Shown: positions 56,601 to 64,000 of the stretch, piece after piece
Layout of the letters: every line of letters begins with the position of its first letter
How positions within the stretch are numbered: the first letter of the stretch is position 1
Assembly (NCBI GenBank): GCA_964582055.1
Contig: CAZOPT010000001.1
Span: 63,038-127,037, forward strand
DNA from: an uncultured Opitutales bacterium
GTDB lineage: Bacteria > Verrucomicrobiota > Verrucomicrobiia > Opitutales > UBA9783
Direction of reading: 5' to 3'
DNA length: 64,000 nt
The notes under the pieces: model-generated
The model's input: the letters and a program-made list of their open reading frames with translations, nothing else
What the model was told of the DNA's origin: nothing
The model's database searches: none
Translations under genes and position numbers: made by a program

Positions 56601-56778
56601 CGGAATTTTGCCGATTGCATTAGGTTTAGGAGCCGATGGTGCTTCGCGTATTCCACTCGGACTGTGTGTTGCAGGAGGTCTTATTTTTGCTCAAGTTTTA
56701 ACTTTATTTGTAACGCCTGTTATTTATTTAGGCATGGACCGTTTCTGTAAAACAGAAGTTGAAAATCTAAATGAATAA
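53650..56778 (+). CDS. RND multidrug efflux pump, inner membrane subunit (AcrB/MdtB family)
   Basis: 1042 aa beginning FIRRPIATILLAISVTLLG, with LAIGFLVDDAIV and 12-TM two-fold architecture. Confidence 0.95.
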   Translation: MKSICDPFIRRPIATILLAISVTLLGIACYRKLPVSALPKVDYPVIQVSASFPGMSSEMMANSIASPLEKEFMEIDGMNEVLSESRLGSTALTLNFDLDKSIDVAAMEVQAAITRAQRKLPKDLPSTPQYRKRDPNSDPIYFLVLVSNSMTKSALYDYAKTKVGQQLNKVEGVSQVQVYGVPRAVRVDLDNRKLRLLNLSVSDVTNAVQQHTMILSMGRLKGETSTLTLSSDGQLTRAKEYGEIVVKTVNGRAIYLKDVAHCVDGFQEEDFQVKFWASGVTIDMDSIIVLAVSQAPGANTVEVSSRINEMLPYLYKTLPPSVKLMPIYDKAKSILDSINEVKETIIIAFILVAVVIFLFLGRVRETIIPVVAMPLSLFITFIVMKQLGYSLDNLSLMALTLAIGFLVDDAIVFLENVVRHMEAGMGPLEAAFKGASEISFTILSMTFSLMATFLPIIFMDGQIGRVFREFSVTIVVSIFASGLVSLTVTPVMCARFLKKHKRDDKTVIERFAYNLEHSFLKWYRKRLYWFFEHRWFSWWVWSACIISMVVLFLAIPKTFLPAGDSSAIMGVFMTQTGTSPDQMHRYQDQIKAIISKHPAVKVTMNASGIGQFMASNQGVVLVVLKDLKDRKSLSGGKDVSIDKLCKELQGMLFQVPGILPLIKPMPVLEIQTSSADNRRGKYVYTVTGMEADEVNKAAQELVKRFASVPGIDIRSLNCNVELNDPTLDVHYNRRRLFQYGLTPYALENTIKEGLSLNYSYLIKGDMEQYEVIVASQMSQRRSMQHMNSLSVANPNGRSIPMDALVDMERNVGPVSVFHKNNFPSADIFFNLNGKVALSQTIEAIEAIAKDVCTNGVDGELGGESKEFQQSMKSLTFLLFVAIFVMYVVLGCLYEHWIHPLTVLSTLPVALAGGLITLYLFNAEFSLYAFIGLFMLMGIVKKNGIILVDFAVEKQRLGQSPEEAILDACCDRFRPILMTTVSTVFGILPIALGLGADGASRIPLGLCVAGGLIFAQVLTLFVTPVIYLGMDRFCKTEVENLNE

Positions 56779-57859
56779 GCGGATTTTAGTGGCGTTATCG
56801 GGAGGAGTCGATAGCGCCGTAGCAGCTTATTTACTAAAAAAACAAGGATATCATGTTCAAGGTGTTTTTTTTCGATCCTGGCAAAATGAAACCGAACTAT
56901 GGAAAGAATGTCCTTGGCGTGAGGATCTAGATTCAGCACGATCTGTAGCCGATTTTTTAGACATTCCTTTCGAAATTATCAATTTTATTGATGTTTACCG
57001 CAAAAAAGTAGTCGATTATTTGATTGAAGGTTACCGTTCCGGCCAAACTCCCAATCCAGATGTTATGTGTAATCGTTACATCAAGTTTGGTGTGTTGGTG
57101 GAACACATGGAACGTGAACATTTTGATGGATTAGCTACAGGACATTATTGCAGAAAAATACATGTCGATGAAAATCATTTTTCGTTAGCAGAAGGACTGG
57201 ATCCTAATAAAGATCAAAGTTTTTTCCTTTGTTTAGTTCAGCGTGAAAATTTGAAAAATGTGCATTTCCCTTTGGGTGAGATTACTAAGATGGAAGTACG
57301 AACCTTAGCTCAAAAAATCGGGCTTCCTAACGCGCAACGTAAAGATAGCCAGGGAATTTGTTTTTTGGGTAGTAGTAAGGTTTCGATTAATAAATTTTTG
57401 GAGAAATATGTGCCTGATACTCCTGGAGAAATTGTGAATTTGGATGGTAAGATTTTAGGACAACATCGTGGTTTACATCGTTTTACAATTGGCCAAAGAA
57501 AGGGGATTGATGTACCTTCAAACTGCGATTTTGAACATTATGTGGTGGTGGCTAAAGATTATACTACCGGTCGTTTGATAGTTGGTTTTGATCATCTAGA
57601 GACAAAGGGTTTATATGCAAAAAAAGCTCGTATTTTTGGTCTAAATTTTTTAGAAGAAAAGCCAAGAAATGCCGAAAAATTGCTGGCCAAGCCACGTTAT
57701 CGTGATGTTTCCCAAGAAATTACTTGGCATTGGCTTTCTGATTCCATAGCCGAAATCGAATTTGTGCAAGCTCAACGTGCTTTAGCTATCGGTCAAGCCA
57801 TCGCTTTTTATCGAGGAAATACTCTTATTGGTGGTGGAGTCTATCAAGAAATTTTGTAA
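56771..57859 (+). CDS. mnmA: tRNA 2-thiouridine(34) synthase MnmA
   Basis: PP-loop VALSGGVDSAV, NPDVMCN and KDSQGICF motifs. It overlaps the RND gene by 8 nt. Confidence 0.9.
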   Translation: MNKRILVALSGGVDSAVAAYLLKKQGYHVQGVFFRSWQNETELWKECPWREDLDSARSVADFLDIPFEIINFIDVYRKKVVDYLIEGYRSGQTPNPDVMCNRYIKFGVLVEHMEREHFDGLATGHYCRKIHVDENHFSLAEGLDPNKDQSFFLCLVQRENLKNVHFPLGEITKMEVRTLAQKIGLPNAQRKDSQGICFLGSSKVSINKFLEKYVPDTPGEIVNLDGKILGQHRGLHRFTIGQRKGIDVPSNCDFEHYVVVAKDYTTGRLIVGFDHLETKGLYAKKARIFGLNFLEEKPRNAEKLLAKPRYRDVSQEITWHWLSDSIAEIEFVQAQRALAIGQAIAFYRGNTLIGGGVYQEIL

Positions 57860-57908
57860 TTTATAAATTTTTTAGGAGGGAAATAATAAAATCCCCCTCC
57901 TAAGTTAT

Positions 57909-60332
57909 TTAAGCTTCTTCGTGGTCAGTTTCGACAACTTTACAGATACCGACTAGCTGATCATCGGATGTTAAATTGATGAGTCGAACTCCCATTGTTG
58001 TACGACCAATAACGCGTACATCTTTGACGGGAGAACGAACGGATTGGCCAGATTTGGTAAACAGCATCATTTCATCCGAATCACTTACGGTAATGGCACC
58101 TGCAACTCCATGCGTTTTAATAGCAATGATACCATAGCCGCCACGATGTTGAACGCGGTATTCGGAGAATTCGGAACGTTTGCCTTGGCCTTTAATTCCT
58201 GCAATCAACAAAGTTTGCTTGTCATCAACAACGATTAAAGCTTTTACATAGTCGCCTTCGTGCAAACGAATACCACGAACACCTCGTGTGGCTCGTCCTT
58301 GTTCTCTACAATCAGATTCTGGGAATCGTATCGAGAGGCCTTGATAAGTAATCAAGATTAAATCGTCATCGCCTTTAGTCAATTCTGCGCCAATAATGAT
58401 ATCACCATTATCTACATTCATACCGATTAAGCCAGTTGCACGACAATTCTTATAAGCTGAAAGGACGGTTTTCTTAACTACGCCATTGCGAGTTGCCATG
58501 ACTAAAGAATATTCATCATTAAAATCTTTGAAGCACATCATTGCCGCAATTTTTTCGCCTTCTTGCAAATTGAGTAAATTAATCAAAGCACGACCTTTAG
58601 AAGTACGTGTTCCTTCTGGAATTTCGTACACTTTTTTGATGTACAAACGCCCATTTTGCATTACAAAAAGGATGTAATCATGCGTACTTGCAGTGAATGA
58701 ATGTTCGATAAAGTCTTCATCGTATTGACCGGCACCAATGACGCCTTTTCCACCACGTTTCTGTGAACGGAAGGAGCTAATGTCGGTGCGTTTAATAAAG
58801 CCTTTATGCGAAATGGTTATGCTGCATCCAACGTTGGCGATGACATCTTCCAAGCGGAATTCAGATTCAGCAGGAACGATGCGTGTTTTACGGTCATTTC
58901 CGTACTTTTCACGTTCTTTGAGGAATTCTTCTTTTAAAACTCCGAGCAATTTTGCATCACTGGATAAAATCGAACGTAATTCTTCTGCAATTTTCAGTAA
59001 ATTTAGATATTCGCCATCAATTTTTTCGCGTTCCATTCCGGTCAATTGATACAAGCGTAAATCCAAAATAGCGCCTGCTTGAATATCGGATAGTTTATAC
59101 TTGGCGACTAAAGCAATATGAGCTTCTTCGCGAGAATTGGATCCACGAATGATTTTTACAAAATCATCGAGGTGGTCAATAGCAACTTTATAGCCTTCTA
59201 AAATGTGTAGACGTTCTTCAGCTTTACGTAAACGGAATTGTGTACGGCGTGAAACAACTTCTCGTCGATGTTCTAGATAACATTCGAGCATTTCTTTGAT
59301 GTTCATCTGCTTTGGACGTTGTTGATCCAAAGCCAACAAGATAACACCGAAAGAAGACTCTAAAGGTGTCATTTTAAATAATTTATTCAAAACAACACGA
59401 GGAACTTCACCGCGTTTCAATTCAATAACAATACGCGTATTTTCATCTGATTCATCACGTAAATCACTGATTTCTGTCAAAATCTTTTGTTGAACCAATT
59501 CTGCAATCTTGGTTACCAAATTAGCGCGATTAACATTGTATGGAATTTCAGTAATGATAATTTGTTCTTTGCCGTTACCGATTTCTTCACAATGAGCTTC
59601 GCCACGAACATGTATGATGCCACGACCTGTTCGTAAATAATTCGAAATTCCTTCAAGGCCTACAACTGTTCCACCCGTTGGGAAATCCGGTCCCTTGACG
59701 ATCTTCATTACATCTTCAACTGTTGCATCTTGATTGTCTGCAAGTAAGATAAGTGCATCTATTAATTCGCGTAAATTGTGCGGTGGAATATTTGTCGTCA
59801 TTCCAACGGCAATACCTGTAGAACCATTGAGTAACAGATTTGGGAGTGCTGCCGGCAAGACCATTGGTTCTAGGGTACTTTCTTTGTAATTAGGAACGAA
59901 ATCGACTGTATCCTCATCAATGTCCTTCAGCAATTCCTCTGCCATTTCTTTTAAGCGGCATTCCGTATAACGGTAAGCAGCTGCAGAGTCGCCATCAATT
60001 GATCCGAAATTTCCTTGTGGATCAACAAGTGGGTAACGCATCACCCAATCTTGTGCTAAGCGGACAAGTGCGTCGTAAACAGAACTATCACCGTGTGGAT
60101 GGTAGTTTTTTAAAACTTCTCCGACGACACCTGCGCATTTGTCAAAAGGACGATTGTGCAGTAATCCTTCGCGGAACATAGCGTACAAAATACGCCGATG
60201 AACGGGTTTAAAGCCGTCACGAGCATCCGGTAAAGCACGGCTAACAATAACAGACATCGAATAATCGATGTAAGCCGACTTCATAATTTCGTCGACATTG
60301 GTATCTATTAAGAATTCTTTTTCTGCGTACAT
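57909..60332 (-). CDS. gyrA: DNA gyrase subunit A
   Basis: SYIDYSMSVIVSRALPDARDGFKPVHRR, the active-site AAYRYTE context, and C-terminal beta-pinwheel repeats. Confidence 0.95.
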   Translation of the reverse strand: MYAEKEFLIDTNVDEIMKSAYIDYSMSVIVSRALPDARDGFKPVHRRILYAMFREGLLHNRPFDKCAGVVGEVLKNYHPHGDSSVYDALVRLAQDWVMRYPLVDPQGNFGSIDGDSAAAYRYTECRLKEMAEELLKDIDEDTVDFVPNYKESTLEPMVLPAALPNLLLNGSTGIAVGMTTNIPPHNLRELIDALILLADNQDATVEDVMKIVKGPDFPTGGTVVGLEGISNYLRTGRGIIHVRGEAHCEEIGNGKEQIIITEIPYNVNRANLVTKIAELVQQKILTEISDLRDESDENTRIVIELKRGEVPRVVLNKLFKMTPLESSFGVILLALDQQRPKQMNIKEMLECYLEHRREVVSRRTQFRLRKAEERLHILEGYKVAIDHLDDFVKIIRGSNSREEAHIALVAKYKLSDIQAGAILDLRLYQLTGMEREKIDGEYLNLLKIAEELRSILSSDAKLLGVLKEEFLKEREKYGNDRKTRIVPAESEFRLEDVIANVGCSITISHKGFIKRTDISSFRSQKRGGKGVIGAGQYDEDFIEHSFTASTHDYILFVMQNGRLYIKKVYEIPEGTRTSKGRALINLLNLQEGEKIAAMMCFKDFNDEYSLVMATRNGVVKKTVLSAYKNCRATGLIGMNVDNGDIIIGAELTKGDDDLILITYQGLSIRFPESDCREQGRATRGVRGIRLHEGDYVKALIVVDDKQTLLIAGIKGQGKRSEFSEYRVQHRGGYGIIAIKTHGVAGAITVSDSDEMMLFTKSGQSVRSPVKDVRVIGRTTMGVRLINLTSDDQLVGICKVVETDHEEA

Positions 60333-60337
60333 GATGA

Positions 60338-62875
<2,538 letters not shown>

Positions 62876-63039
62876 TTATATATCTATTTGTAACAAACTT
62901 CGTCAATTTTGCAAGGAATCGTTTCAAAATTTTTAGTTTGGGTGCTTTTTTGTTGAAGTTTAGACTATAGCCGAAAATGTAGACAATTCAATATAGAAAT
63001 TTGCTTGCAAGATTAAGGCTGGATTTTTATTTTGAATAT

Positions 63040-64000
63040 GTGCGCTACAAGGAGTTTTTAATTATCATAATTTTTTTTGCGCTAAGCGTAGGTGCTTGTT
63101 GGATTATTCAGTATGTTGAATATAGACCTGCGTTTAAGATTGGCATTAATGCTTGTTCGGGAGCGGAATATTTACAAATAGCTTTAGAACAAAAGTATTT
63201 TGAAAAAGCAGGTTTGCGAGTAAGGTTTGTTGAATTTGGATCTTTGCAAGATGTTCAGCAGGCATTTGAATGGCAGCAAATAGACGCAATGATTTGTCCA
63301 TTTGTAGATGCAATGGTTATGCAATGTAAAAGCAATAACTATGATTCTAAGATTATTTTATTTACTTCTTTTGCAAGAAGACAGTTTTCATGGAATTTGA
63401 TGACTTGGTCTACCATAAAATCGATAAAGGAGTTAAAAGGGAAAAGGATAGGAGTAGAGATAAATTCTTTTAGTAATTATGTACTTTGTCGTGCCTTGAA
63501 AACAGAAGGATTAACCTTGCAAGATATTGAAGTTGTTCCTGTTGATCCAACAGCACATTTAACCTTTTTGCAGAACGAAAAAGTCGATGGTGTTGTAACG
63601 TATTGGCCTTTTAATAGTGATTTGCAAGTTTTAGGGAATGATTTACATTCTATTTATTCTACTGAAGAATGGCCTCGAGAAATGAAGCTTAATGTATTAT
63701 TGATACAACAAAGCAAATTAAAGATTTTTCATAGGAATTTAAGTCGATTTGTCGGAAAATGGGATGAAGTTTTGTCTGTATACAAACGAGAATATTCTTA
63801 TTATCATTCTTCGGTAAGTTTTATGAATTTACCTGATTATTACGCAACTTTAAAAACAATACATCCACTTCCGCTTAGTGAACAAATTTCATTGATTTGT
63901 AATAATCGTTACATTTTGGATTTGATGGAAAATGTAAAAACAGAAATGTTAGTGCATAATCATTTGGACTATAACCGTTCATTGGAATCGATATTTGATT
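63040..64000 (+). CDS. Periplasmic substrate-binding protein, NMT1/SsuA/TauA-like (3' end beyond window; start uncertain: GTG 63040 or TTG 63001)
   Basis: My own translation is open to the window edge and is absent from the ORF track because no stop occurs. It has an N-terminal anchor (FLIIIIFFALSVGAC). KIGINACSGAEYLQIALEQKYFEKAGLRVRFVEFGSLQDVQQAFEWQQIDAM fits the nitrate/sulfonate/bicarbonate-type SBP pattern. Confidence 0.5.
   Translation, partial: MRYKEFLIIIIFFALSVGACWIIQYVEYRPAFKIGINACSGAEYLQIALEQKYFEKAGLRVRFVEFGSLQDVQQAFEWQQIDAMICPFVDAMVMQCKSNNYDSKIILFTSFARRQFSWNLMTWSTIKSIKELKGKRIGVEINSFSNYVLCRALKTEGLTLQDIEVVPVDPTAHLTFLQNEKVDGVVTYWPFNSDLQVLGNDLHSIYSTEEWPREMKLNVLLIQQSKLKIFHRNLSRFVGKWDEVLSVYKREYSYYHSSVSFMNLPDYYATLKTIHPLPLSEQISLICNNRYILDLMENVKTEMLVHNHLDYNRSLESIFD

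Noticed and set aside
63038-63061. ATG at 63038 as the start of the terminal substrate-binding protein
   Set aside because: That frame hits TAA after 7 codons. The long open frame is the one containing GTG 63040 and TTG 63001.

Overview
AT-rich, very gene-dense bacterial chromosome segment using the standard genetic code. The organism is diderm: lpxD, skp, bamA, a bamD-like gene, a secretin and a TolC-like outer membrane factor are all present. Bases 1-7873 hold a co-directional, tightly overlapping phage-derived structural cluster, cut by the left window edge: terminase large subunit, DUF935/Mu-type portal, gpI-like protease, decoration-like protein, capsid candidate, neck proteins and two orphan proteins. 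The rest is core genome. On the minus strand, rplY-pth-rpsF-ssb-rplI-dnaB-bamA-skp-lpxD-prs form one block. Next come miaB, rpmF (missed by the ORF track), plsX, fabH, and a BamD-like lipoprotein coupled to an ExbB/ExbD pair. These are followed by malQ, recD2, a long greA, glgC, glmS, a Nif3-like gene and a GlpT/UhpC-type transporter. A type II secretion / type IV pilus-like island follows: prepilin peptidase, a secreted tandem-Nudix protein, two short GspE/ComGA-like ATPases, an FmdB zinc ribbon, a secretin and a 465-aa orphan. The window ends with rpsT, a complete F1Fo ATP synthase operon (atpBEFHAGDC), a tripartite RND efflux system, mnmA, gyrA, gyrB and a partial substrate-binding protein. 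I found no rRNA, tRNA, CRISPR array, transposase or integrase. The best candidates for undescribed biology are three. (1) The compact, intact head-only or near tail-less phage module butted directly against housekeeping genes, which could be a GTA-like, satellite-like or domesticated particle. (2) The minimal secretin + two short ATPases + PilD island, which lacks a platform protein and canonical pilins and carries a signal-peptide tandem-Nudix protein as a possible cargo. (3) An ExbD/TolR homolog in which Asn replaces the normally essential transmembrane Asp. The taxonomic guess (Chlamydiae/PVC-like, host-associated) rests on gene order only and is inference. All functional calls come from motif reading by eye, not from searches.
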